Origin: Amoeboaphelidium protococcarum X5
Taxonomy: Eukaryota > Fungi > Aphelidiomycota
Direction of reading: 5' to 3'
DNA: 29,471 nucleotides
Assembly: GCA_023515725.1 (NCBI GenBank)
Contig: JALDTO010000223.1
Coordinates: forward strand, 47,801-77,271
The translations under genes were made by a program, and so were the position numbers. A model generated the notes under the pieces. That model saw only the letters and a program-made list of their open reading frames with translations, made no database searches and was not told the origin of the DNA. Shown piece by piece: positions 11,305-22,569 of the stretch. The stretch's first letter is position 1, and every line of letters starts with the position of its first letter.

Positions 11305-14300
11305 TCAAATGCCCCTATTGTCTTTCATTTATGTTATTTTTATGAGCCACTCGTTGATAAAGACTGAGGTTGGCCGTTTGTCTGGATCAGAGTCCCAGCA
11401 CAGCTCAATAAGATCCAGCAACGACTTCAGCTCCTCAACACCAAACTTCTTTGCTGCCAACTCAAAACTCTCAGCCAAAAATTCATCGTTAGTCCAGATG
11501 ACATCTGCCGAGAATGGATTCTCGCCATTATTATCACTGGCCAGTTGAAGGGACGGATCAGCGCGTTATCGCTTCAGAACATTCTACAACGATGAGCCAT
11601 ACGGTGGCATTTCTGGTCTGTCTCCACGCATAGCCACTGCTGCATACACCTCCATTGATGACATCTTCTTCCAACAGAAATCTCTCGAAACAGTCTCGTA
11701 CAGAATGACGGCGAACGCGTAAATATCTCTAGATGGATTCGCTTCATCTGCAGGCACCTTCTTCTGCTCTTTAGTAGAATTCAAAGTCACCTGTACTACC
11801 AATTGCATGTCCAGATCACCAGGTCCCATAAAACGCGTCAAAATCTCTGGCGAAGCATACGTGATAGAGGCAGCAGGCACTCTAATATTACGCCGGGTCT
11901 TTACCTTCTCTGCTGCCAGACGAACCTGTGAAATACCAAAGTCAGTCACATGCACAGTGTATGGCCGAGCTTTATCTTTCGTCTTACAGAACAGAATATT
12001 GTCAGGCTTGAGATCACAGTGAGTAATTCCGCTCTTGTGCATTTCAATCATTGCTGCATTCAATTGCATAGCCAGATCCAAAATTGGAAGCACAACGATA
12101 TCAGTATCTGCAATTAATTTGGATAAGCTGCCATCATATGCTTTCATTATCATCGCCATCTATGGACTATCCTGGAAGCCTACCAGAGAAATAATGTTCG
12201 GGTGACCCTGCAACGCGTTGATTATACTTAGTTCCTACTTAAACTTGTCCCTGGGAGTTAGCTCTTCATAATCATCTGGTGACTATGGCTTCTCTAAAAG
12301 AGTCTTAATAGCAACCAGCAACTTGCCTTCTGAATTTTTATTGAAATCGACGCTTCTCTCATTTAAAGCTATCTCTAATTAAGGATCAGACACAAACGCC
12401 AAATCAATCTACCCGTCTCCACCTTTACCCAAAGTTTTGACAACTTTAAACTGATCCAGCGACAATTCCATGTATCCAGGCACAGCGACAATTCTAGTGG
12501 ACGGGTCAATGTACGTTGTATTTCCTCCAATTGTACTAAGATCAGTACCCATACGGCTCTTGAAATCTGTGGCAAGCTTCGACAGCATAGAGTTGCCAAG
12601 TTTACTTCTCATTTGCAACTTATACTCGCTCTTAAACTCGACTTTCTACTGCGGGGTAGGAGCCTCACCAATACTTTCACCGATCATAGTGGTGGATACG
12701 CCTTTACTCTCAACCATAGTCGTACTGAGTCCAGTGGCCATGAGTGTCGGAGATTGCTCAATGATTGCCATCAGTTTACCTTGTCTCTGTCTCTTATCTC
12801 TTCTCCTGCGTGCCACAGTAAATAAGGATGCTGCCACTAGAACTGATAGAACAGACCCGATCAAAGCTATAGTGAGAATAGTACTCTACGTAAACACAGG
12901 ATTGTCTTGATTCTACCTATCGTCAGGAGTAGTGAATGGGCGAATGGATTTTAAAGTACTCGTAACACCGTTTACAACTACAACGTAATCAAAGGTGAAG
13001 TAGTTACCTCCATTGTCCAAGACCACTGAAGTAGTACCAAGTCTCTATGTAGTCAATGTTGAAGTCCACTTGGTAGTTGACGAAGAGGAGCCTACATCAT
13101 TATCAATGATACCAATTAATCGATCTGATGAAAATTCATTACTTTCTGTCTGAGTTTAGATCCCACTTTCCACTAAATCCACAGTGCTAGAATGTAACGT
13201 AGATACTGATTCCTCCACACTTATGGAAGTTTGATTATTTATTGAGACTGTTGTGAGGACAGCATCGGTGGACAAAGTAATTGAAGCAGAATCTAAACTA
13301 GTAGTCAAGGATGATTCAGAAGTAGATGTAGTGTCTATAGCAGTTGAGGAAGTACTTGTATCAGTCACAGTAGGTGTAGTTGAAGGAGTAGCTATTCCAT
13401 TAGTACTGATAGAAGTAGTAGAGATCTCAGACAAAGTTGCAAGTAGTGTAGATGACAGCATTTCAGTAGACGTGGACGCAGAAGTGGTAGATGAGGAATG
13501 AGTATCAACCATAGTAGATGTAGTAGAAGTCATTAGAGTTGTACTTGACGGAGTAGATGACGTTGCAGTGGATACTAACGTGCCAGTATTAGATGTTGTT
13601 AATGTAGTTGTGGGAGTTGATGATGTACTTGATGCCGTTGTAGTGGTAATAGTTGTACTTGTTCTAGTAGTGGTACTAGTTGTACTTGTTGTAGTAGTAG
13701 TAGATGAAGTAGTCGTCGTTGTAGTTGTCGTAGGAGTAGTCATAGTAGTGGTAGTAGTAGTCGTCGTCGTCGTCGTCGGAGTAGTAGTAGTGGTGGTGGA
13801 AGTTGTAGTAGTTGTTGTTGTTGTAGTGGTAGTTGTAGTTGTAGTACTTGTCGTTGTTGTTGTTGTTGTAGTTCTAGTTGTCGTAGTGGGCATTGTAAAC
13901 TGAGGATAAACTTGCACCAAATCTTGTCTAATCCATGCCCATTCGTCAAAGCTACTAGTTCCATTAGAGATTAGCAGAGTTGCAACGAACGACGCGCCAG
14001 AATATAAAGGACCGTTGTATGCCAGTTAACAGGTGAGAGAGGTGTATGTTTTAGACTGAATGATACACGATAAAGGAGTCGAACTAGTGTTTGCAGCAGG
14101 ATGGAATGCGATTTCACTCAACAAAACAGCATTCGATTAGCCATTGCCACGTATGCTATAGTTAGAGCTCACTTACGAGGAGTTTAATGGAGTCACGTAG
14201 ACATTAACAGACAACACGTCATTCCACCCCGAATTAGAGGTGAAGCCAAACCCATTAAGCGTAAAATTGATGTACTAACTACTCTGTGATACACTCATAC

Positions 14301-15408
14301 TATTAGCCTTCATTGTAATCCAACGGTCATAAGTTAAATCGCTTAGCACGTAAGCCATGGAATTATCTGAAAAATCACAAGCATTGCCTCCAAACATGAA
14401 TACTCCATAGCCAGGAATTTACATCAATTTAGCTCCAACTTTCTGGACCGGTTGCACAGAAGAGCTGCTTATACTCCATTATTGCCAACTATTATTGGAT
14501 GAGGAGTAAATGAAACTGTATAGCCCTGATCCGGTACAACTAGACTCACGTCCGCCGTAGAATAAAGCCTATTAGCTGTTAATGTTAATTACACTTGAAC
14601 CGTACCTTGCAGATGGAAGGGTGCCAGCGGTAGTTTAATTCCATACATTCAAAGAGAGATCGTATTTCCAACCAGTGCCATCATACGTTAAAGGTCCAAG
14701 AGAACTAAAACCGCCAAAGTTAATCAAAGAATTATTCAAAAGAGTCATTGCGGAATATCCACGAAATATTGGCGGACCCTTCTGCTAGATCTGATTAAAT
14801 CTACAACTAGAAACATCACTGCCCAGACAACTGAATGACCATAAATCACTCAATAGCACAGTATCCTATCTGCCGCCATGGAGATACGCGAAAGACTCAT
14901 TCACCTTTGACACTCCATAGCCAACTCTAGCGGTAGGCAGCGTCGTACTAGAAGTATTGCCACTAACATCCGTGAAGACTTTAGTAACAAGATCAAGCTG
15001 TGTCAATGAGATAGAAGTCCCATTGAAATATTTCACTTATGCACTACAGTACCCACCAATTATGATCCAGTATCGTTTCTATAAGAGCAGCCCATCCACC
15101 ATACAAAATCCGGATGGAAATTCAAGACCGACCAAGTCGCTAGTCCAAGAGTTAGTAGACGGTGTGTAAGTCTGCATGTAAAATTATCCGGCAGCCGTAG
15201 AGGCATTGAATCCGCCAAGAAGATACACAACATCCTATCCGCTTATATCACTCATTACCCCGACAGGAAATTACATATTCACAGGAGCAGGGGCAGGATT
15301 TCTATTGTACCATCTAGCTTGATACTGTGCACACATGATCAGAATATATAACCATATTGCAGATTTCCATGCTACTCTATGATGCACTGAAAATCGCATA
15401 ATCATCAT
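11305..15408 (-). CDS. Receptor-like protein kinase, 1367 aa: signal region, Kelch beta-propeller, IPT/TIG-like domain, Thr/Ser mucin stalk, TM, TKL-like kinase
   Basis: One TGA-free frame from ATG 15408 (alternative ATGs at 15405 and 15399) to TGA 11305-11307. Kelch-like units: VYLLGG, IIIGG, PTARVGYG..AYLHGG..SDLWSF, INFGG..WKYDLSLNVW, PSARYG..LFYGG, VFMFGG. TM ILTIALIGSVLSVLVAASLFTVA followed by RRRR. Kinase motifs: LGKGGDG, VAIK, GHPNIISLVG, HCDLKPDN, DFG, YASPE, DIYAFAV, CWDSDPDKRP. Confidence 0.92.
13560..13893 (-). repeat. Poly-Thr (ACN)n coding tract, mucin-like stalk
   Basis: Imperfect GTA/GTT/GTC/GTG trinucleotide runs on the + strand, read as TTTTT... on the - strand within the Kelch receptor kinase. 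Confidence 0.9.
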
Positions 15409-16141
15409 TCAATAGATTTTCCAGTCTTCAAGTCAAACTCCTTTGTAAATTAAATTAGCTAAAGATTACTTCTAATATATCTATATAAGAGAAAAAGGAC
15501 CAAACTATACTAAAGGATCAGTGATAGAATTCTATGGCAACTGCATATCGCCGTCACTTGATTCGAGTCTATTTTTAGACAGTCAGTCAGTTAGATAATC
15601 AGTTAATGGGACAGACGCGTTACATCTTATCTGAGTTAAGCAGACAATGAAACAATGTACGAACAGCAGGTCAGTAAAAACAGGGACCTTATAGTACAGG
15701 GTCAGCGTATTGCTATGAGAAGTAGTGTAATGCAGTATAATCAAAGGTCATCAAGTCTTCAAATCTACCTAATACCTGTTCGCGATTCGGTACTAGCTTC
15801 TGATTAATGCACTGTTCTTTAGTTTCTTATCGTTGCACTATACTCACCAAGATTAGCTATTATGGAGAAAAATTAATAATATATGGCCAACTCTTATTTA
15901 TATCATGTCATGTGCGCGTTAGTAAAACGCGTGTGTATCAATTTAATCGAATTGTACAGACTATTTTGGGCCTGCTGTAAAAATAATGCATCATTTGGAA
16001 CATGTTGATGTTTATCTTGCTTTATTAATTAACGCTGAATGCTCAACCTTTTTGTACGTGGTTGAGAATGGCAATGTTAAGAATACTGTTGATGATGAGA
16101 TTGATCATGTTCATTAGGTCGGTATTTCTATAGTGTGCAGT

Positions 16142-16152
16142 CTATATTTAGC
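16142..16152 (+). promoter_or_regulatory. CTATATTTAGC TATA-like motif upstream of gene A
   Basis: The identical 11-mer recurs upstream of every family member: 16142, 18458, 19453, 22414 and 24764. Confidence 0.5.
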
Positions 16153-16260
16153 AAAATTGGCCGAGCATATAACTCTGATAGAGATATTATATTCATTTAG
16201 CTTCGAATTTCTCTTCTGATTATTAGCTATAGATTAATAGTTTAAATAGAAGAATATACA

Positions 16261-18435
16261 ATGTAGATTACAGCTTATTCTGTAGTGGTAGCAATAATTT
16301 CGCTGTTGGCTGCCGCTGTAGATGCAGGCCCACTGGTGTTGACTGATAGAAAGAATGTCGGCGCAGTCTATAGCGGAGTAAGTAAAAAGCTTTACGTGTA
16401 TGGTACTTTTGAGGGATACATTGGGTTGATGGCTACAGATCATACTGTAACCCAAGTGATCGGATAAAGCGGAGCTACTGATCTTTTCATTGAGGAGTAC
16501 TGTGATGATGGCACTCTGCAATTTCAGTTCATTGTCGCTGGTCTAAGTAGAGAGTATGAGCCCGTTGTGTCTCTGAGTGGAAATTAGCTATTTCTTGGGG
16601 CAACTACCGCAAGCTTGTCGTATTTTAGTTCGCTTAGTCCTTATCCGCAAAGTTTGCTCCTCTTCGGTGAGTTATGCATTGCCCTTCAGTCTCCTTTAGT
16701 AAACAAGTTCATTATCAGTGCCACAACCCCTATTTCTTTTGAATGGTCTAGATGTATATTACCGCCGCCTCACACATAGGTGGTGCTTCTCGATTTGTCA
16801 TATTATGTCTCAGATGGCGATCAAATGCTCGCTATAAGTTATGCACCCCAAAGAGAGACGAGAAATACGTGGATTAAAGATTATTCTTTGCTGTAGTATA
16901 ATATTGGCCTTTTAATGTTTTCTGGTGACTCACTTGCCACTGGTTCTTAGTACAATGCCTCGTAATATTAATAACAGTCGCTAAACTCCAATGGCGATAT
17001 TGTATCTTTTCTAAGTGATGGCTATCAATTGAAGAAAATTTTTGGCCCAACTGCATACTCTGCGAATATTAATATGGCAAGTGTCGGTGACTTTAAATGC
17101 ATTGGTGTAAATTGCTTTGTGCTGGGCATCTACAATTCACAAGCTGTGTTATATTATAACGGTGGCAATTCCTACTCACCAGTCATCACTTTTGGTGTTG
17201 CAAATATTGTGTAAAGTCTCTACTATGATTAAAGTTTGAACGCAATGGTGGTCATGGATCTGAAACCCATTGGCAGTTCGTCTGGTCGTCTACTTTTTTA
17301 CGGAGTCAGTACGGGTTCGAGATTCAAGATCGTCTATATATACATGGGTGTCACTCTACAATTTCAGGATGTCCTATCGTTCGGAATTGATTCTGGTAGT
17401 AGGAAAGGCTTGATTGGTATGTCTACGTATGTAAGCAAAGCTGCGACGTTCACTTACAGTGATGTCTTGACGACTACAATTAGAACATCTACAACTACTA
17501 CTACGACTACGACTACTAAGACTACTAAGACTACGACCACAACCACGACAACTAGTACTACTACTACGACGACGACAACTACTACATCCACTACAACAAC
17601 AACTACGACCACTACCCCGACAAGTAGAATAACGACATTGACTAGTACAAGAACTACCTTGCCTTCGTCTGCCGCTACTACTTAAACTTCTGCTACTACA
17701 ACGTCGTCCAGTACTGCGTCAACGACTGGTGCAAGTGCTTTGAACCACACGCAGTCAACCACATCTGCATCGCTATCTTACTCTGAGACTACTTCATCAA
17801 TTGTTTCTGGATCTACACTATCGTCCGTCTCTCAATCTATGAATACGACATCCTAAGTTATGGGTCCTACATCAACTGATCAAGCCTCTGTGGCATTAAG
17901 TGCTCCTTCCGTCAGTAACATGGTCTTTTCTACTTCAGTAATCCAATAACCTACGTCAACCGATGTAAGTGAATTGTACTCTCTATCTTCTTATTCAGCT
18001 ACGTTAGCACCTACCTCTGTAAGCTTCTCAATCATTGGTAATGTTGAAAGTGTTTCCGTTTAATCTTTGGGTATAGATTCATCGTCAGTAAGTGGCCAAA
18101 GAAGCTAATCTATCTAGTTTGAATTCTCAGATGTTCTTATTGGTAGCGTCTAGACATCTACAATAAGTGGTGGTTCAGGCTTCTCTGATAAGTCACCTGA
18201 GAATTAAGCCCTGGTATCTTCACCTGTGTTTCTGTAGTATGTGACTGTAGCAGGAGCTGTGGTTGTCATTGTTGGAGTCTTGGGAGGTCTCTATAAACTA
18301 AGATAAAATAGACGCAAACAGTAGCAAACTATGTGGCAGTCAAGCAAAAGTGTTCTGACATCATAGTCTTTCATGCTGAATAGGACTATCCCGCTTGAGA
18401 TTACTGCTAATACGTCGTCGACTGTTTAACACTGA
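16261..18435 (+). CDS. Receptor-like type I membrane protein A (beta-rich ectodomain, Thr stalk, TM, short tail, no kinase), 724 aa
   Basis: ATG-TAG start (MqITAYSVVVAIISLLAAAVDA signal peptide), TGA-free to 18433-18435. TM YVTVAGAVVVIVGVLGGLY; tail KLRqNRRKQqQTMWQSSKSVLTSqSFMLNRTIPLEITANTSSTVqH. Confidence 0.88.
17470..17710 (+). repeat. Poly-Thr coding tract in gene A
   Basis: ACT/ACA/ACG/ACC runs. Confidence 0.85.
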
Positions 18436-18598
18436 AATATGGCATTCTGATTGATGGCTATATTTAGCCCATGGCTATGGTATGGGGATTAACATTGTTA
18501 CGAAAGCCTTTGTCTTTTATGAAATGAAATCAATAGCAATTTAATTGTTATACTGTAATTAAAAGATTTCCGCTTAGGATTAATTAACAACAACAGAA

Positions 18599-18670
18599 AT
18601 GACATTGTATCATATGTTGGCTCTCTTCACGCTTTTAGGTGCTTTTACTCCATAGGCCTCGCGAGTATGA
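18599..18670 (+). pseudogene. Truncated duplicate of the 5' end (signal peptide) of receptor kinase D
   Basis: Reads MTLYHMLALFTLLGAFTPqASRV*, versus D (24926) MTLYHMLALFTLLGAFTPqARAq. The upstream DNA (TTTCCGCTTAGGATTAATTAACAAC) is also shared. Similarity ends at about 18665. Confidence 0.85.
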
Positions 18671-19452
18671 GAGGACCTTACTAATTACAGTTTGAATCAG
18701 TTAAGTGTTTGTCATGGAGCATATATGCGTCAAAGGATAGCATGTTCCACCTTCTTCTTCTTCTTTACCTTCTTGACTTTCTAGCAATTAGAATTATCTC
18801 CCACAACAGAGCTGTGCGTAGTCTCGTCACTTCTTTAACAGATAAGATTGTAGAATAGCATAGATGTTTATGATTTGGCAGAGGATCTAGCGGGAAGGGG
18901 GGGGGTAGCTCAACTCTACACAGTATGTAGAGGATAGACAGATCTATACTCATCGAATATATTGTAAAATGAGGACAATTAAAGACTAAGAGACATTTTT
19001 ATATATAACGCCATTTTAACGTTCCTGTATAATCTTTCCAATATCTTCAGACGCGTACTGTATCCAAGTACAACAGATTATAATTCAACTTGCGATTAGT
19101 TTAGTTAATTTAAAAGTTTAACATCTTCGGATTATGTCTTGCAATTCACGCTCCAGATAAATACAAAATTCTCATTTTAGTCAAAATTAATTAAATGTAG
19201 TTTGAATAGTAGTAGCTTGGACTATATAATCTGAATTTTAGTTGAGCATGATTGCGACAAGACGTAATGGACCAGACGCGGTTGAGATAAAAGATTAGTG
19301 CGTTATCCCAAGCCAAATGGAGACCAGATTGGTGCATTGGAAAACTAAGTGTTGCTTTTTTATCACAGATCCAGTTTAAACTAATTGAGCCATTTAGCGC
19401 ATCCCTGTGCTTTAGTGTAGGTAGTGAACTTCATCGCCCTTCATTGCGTTAT

Positions 19453-19463
19453 CTATATTTAGC
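19453..19463 (+). promoter_or_regulatory. CTATATTTAGC motif upstream of gene B
   Basis: 155 bp before ATG 19608, within an upstream block conserved with A and C. Confidence 0.5.
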
Positions 19464-19607
19464 ACTGTGGCGGGCATATCTCTGTGATTAAGATACTACC
19501 ATCATTTCCCTTCGATTCTTCTTCTTCTTATCAGTCACACTTTTCATCGTCAGCTATTGATTAATTGGCCAATAGAATAAAGAGATTTAGTTAATCAAGA
19601 ATAGGTG

Positions 19608-21716
19608 ATGTAGATTATTGCTTTTTCAGTAGTGGTAACAATAATTGCGCTGTTGGCTACCGCTTTAGATGCAGGCCCACTGGTTTTGACTGATAGAAAG
19701 AATGTCGGCGCAGTCTATAGCGGAGTTAGTAAAAAGCTTTACGTGTATGGTACTTTTGAGGGATACATTGGGTTGATGGCTACAGATCATACTGTAACCC
19801 AAGTGATCGGATAAAGCGGAGCTACTGATCTTTTCATAGAGGAATACTGTGATGATGGCACTCTGCAATTTTAGTACATTCTCGCTGGGCTTGATGATGA
19901 ATATGAACCTGTAGTATCGCTGAGTGGAAATTAATTGTTTCTTGGCGCTACTACCAGGAGCATACCGTACATAAGTGTATTGAGCCCTTACCCACGCAAT
20001 TTGATATATTATGGCACTGCGTGTACTGGCTCCCGATCTGTATTAGTAAACAAATTTATAATCGATGCTGGTAGCTCAATGTCTTTCGAATGGTCTAAAT
20101 GCATTTTCCCCGCTGGTTTCACGTAAGTTTTATTGCTTGATCTGGCTTATTACGTCTCTGGTGGTTTCCCAATGCTCGCCGTCAGTTATGCCAAGTCGTA
20201 AGTGACTAGAAATTCTGTGTTCAAAGACTATTATCTTGATCGATATAACATTGACTCATCCGAATTTGCAGGTACAATTGGATTGCTTGGCTTTTATTAC
20301 AATGCCTCATAATATTAATCTCAAGTCATGAGTACTAATGATATTGTGTCATTTCTTAGTAATGGATAATCCTTAAAGCAAATATTTGGCAATCCGCTGA
20401 CCTTGAATAATTTGCCAATTGCTAGCGTTGGAGACTTCAAATGTGTTGGAGTACGATGTTTTGTGCTTGGTATTCACTATTCCTAAGCTGTGCTGTACTT
20501 TTACGATGGTGTACGATTCTTGCCTGCTATTACTTTTAGTGGTGCGGATATTGCATTAAGTCTCTTCCATGACCAAACTTTGAATGCAGTGGTAGTCATG
20601 GATCTGAAAACTTCCGTTTCGGCTTCTGGAAGGCTGCTTTTCATAAGCGTCAGCACTGGACAGATTTTAAAGACTGCCCTATTGTATACAACTAGCATCG
20701 TCTCTTTTCGGGATGTTCTGTCCTTTGGAATAGATCCCTCCAATAAGAGAGGCTTGATTGGTATTTCCACCATGTCAAGAACAGGCGTAAAGTTTACATA
20801 CAGTGATATCGTGACTACTACTACTACAACAACAACAACATCGACTACAACAACAACAACGACTACAACCACAACTACAACTACTACTGCTACTACTCCT
20901 AGCACCACGGCTACTACCACTACAACTAATTCAACTAGGATGACCCCTACCTTAACTGTTAGATCAACGACTTCAACAATCTCTACGAGCACGCTATCCT
21001 CAGCTGCAAGTGTATCTCGAAGCACCATCACAAATACTGCTACCTCTATCATCACGTCAACAAGTCGCTCAGAGTCAACTACATCTACTGCATTGCCCTC
21101 TACTTTGGCCGTAGTATCCTCTAATGTGACCATTTAAGCATAAGGTTCAACGTCATAACTATCCTCAAGTCTCTTTAATCCTTCTGTCAGCAGTGTGATT
21201 TACTCTACCTCTGTATTCTCAGTAAGCTCATTCATTGCAGAAAGCGCGTCTAGTTCACATGTGTCGGCATCTGCCTAATCAGCTAAATAATTGACTGTTA
21301 CCGTGAGTTCCACTTATGAAGTTGTTACCGAAAGTATTTCGTAACAGTCATTTGGCTCAGAGTCCTTGTCGCGGAGCCAGTCTAATGTGATCATATACTC
21401 TATAAACTCTATAGATAACATACAGACATCCACGATAAGAGATGATTCTAGTTTTACTGACGAGTCACCCGAGATCCAAGGACTGGCTTCTTCTCCTGCA
21501 TTTCTACAGTATCTTGCTGTAGCTGGAGCAGTTGTTGTTATTGTCGCAGTCCCTGGCGGCTTTTATAAACTGAGATAAAAAAGGCGCAAGCAGCAGTTGT
21601 TATAGCAGTCAATGTGGCAGTCCAATAGAAACTTGGAGACTTCATAGTCTGTCATGTTAGACAGAACAATTCCTTTGGACATTACAGCGAATACGCAATC
21701 TACTGTTTAGCACTGA
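19608..21716 (+). CDS. Receptor-like type I membrane protein B (paralog of A and C, no kinase), 702 aa
   Basis: ATG-TAG start at 19608, TGA at 21714-21716. Joins track ORFs 19632, 19935, 20490 and 21366 in one frame. TM YLAVAGAVVVIVAVPGGFY; tail ...MWQSNRNLETSqSVMLDRTIPLDITANTQSTVqH. Confidence 0.88.
20813..20945 (+). repeat. Poly-Thr coding tract in gene B
   Basis: ACT/ACA runs. Confidence 0.85.
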
Positions 21717-22413
21717 GATTTGGCAAACTGATCTGTATTCAACCACATTGCTTTGGGAACAAGAATGGTGATAAAGCGCGTCATTAAATTTCTTACAATA
21801 GCACTAATAAAAGAGGGGTGGCTTCTGATTTGCTTCAAATCTCTGAAGAGCGTACAAGATAGTGATGAGTTTTTGGCGATGGTCATATGCTTCCATTGCT
21901 GAGGAGTATGAATGAACGTGTACGTGATGAATCTGATGAAATAATTTCACTTTCGTTTGCAAACTACACATTTAAAATTTGAAGCGTATTATTCTAGTTA
22001 GTTCAAATAGAGTTGCGCTCAGCCCACTTTAAGAATAAAGTCTGAAAAACTAAGTACGCGTTTCTTCACGAGGCTCAACCAAGTTGTGGCCTGAGACTCT
22101 AAGAAACGGGTCTACAAGATGCAAAGCTGCGTTCTTTTAAAAACCGGCAATAGCACAGGTAGTATTCTGGATCATGTTATGTTGCTTAAGCTCTCACTCT
22201 CGATCTAACGAGCAAGAATGGCATGTTGAGCTGAAACCGTGTTGACGTGTTTCTAGCACGAACTCACTCTTCTTATTACACAAATGTACTTGTTATATCT
22301 CATACAGTATTCACTTCACCGTCTTATGTTATGCTTAATATGGCACCGCAAAAGATGAACGCCCATACCTTTTTGCGCTAGATGAAGGATGCTAGAGCTC
22401 AACTTATCGCTGT

Positions 22414-22424
22414 CTATATTTAGC
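22414..22424 (+). promoter_or_regulatory. CTATATTTAGC motif upstream of gene C
   Basis: 156 bp before ATG 22570. Confidence 0.5.
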
Positions 22425-22569
22425 ACCGTTGCCGGCATATCATTGTGATGAAGATACTACATCATTTGCCCTTGGAATCTTCTTCTTCTTATCAGCCACA
22501 CTTTTCATCATCAGCTATTGATTAATTGGCCAATAGTATAAAGAGATTTAGTTAATCGCAGAGTAGTTG

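Noticed and set aside
13253-13903. Poly-Val ORFs here and at 20501-21133, 23757-24059 and 26161-26568
   Set aside because: They are reverse complements of poly-Thr stalks, not membrane proteins.
18432-18530. Shifted-frame 'YGILIDGYIqPM' after the stops of A and C as a relic of the kinase-proximal IPGY motif
   Set aside because: The match is too short, is absent after B, and overlaps the CTATATTTAGC element, which explains the conservation more simply.
18671-19450. Possible gene or element in the A-B spacer (CTT run, G-run near 18897, 62-aa track ORF); likewise the B-C spacer 21717-22410
   Set aside because: I found no long convincing frame, protein motif or terminal repeats by eye. Small ncRNAs cannot be excluded without a covariance-model search.
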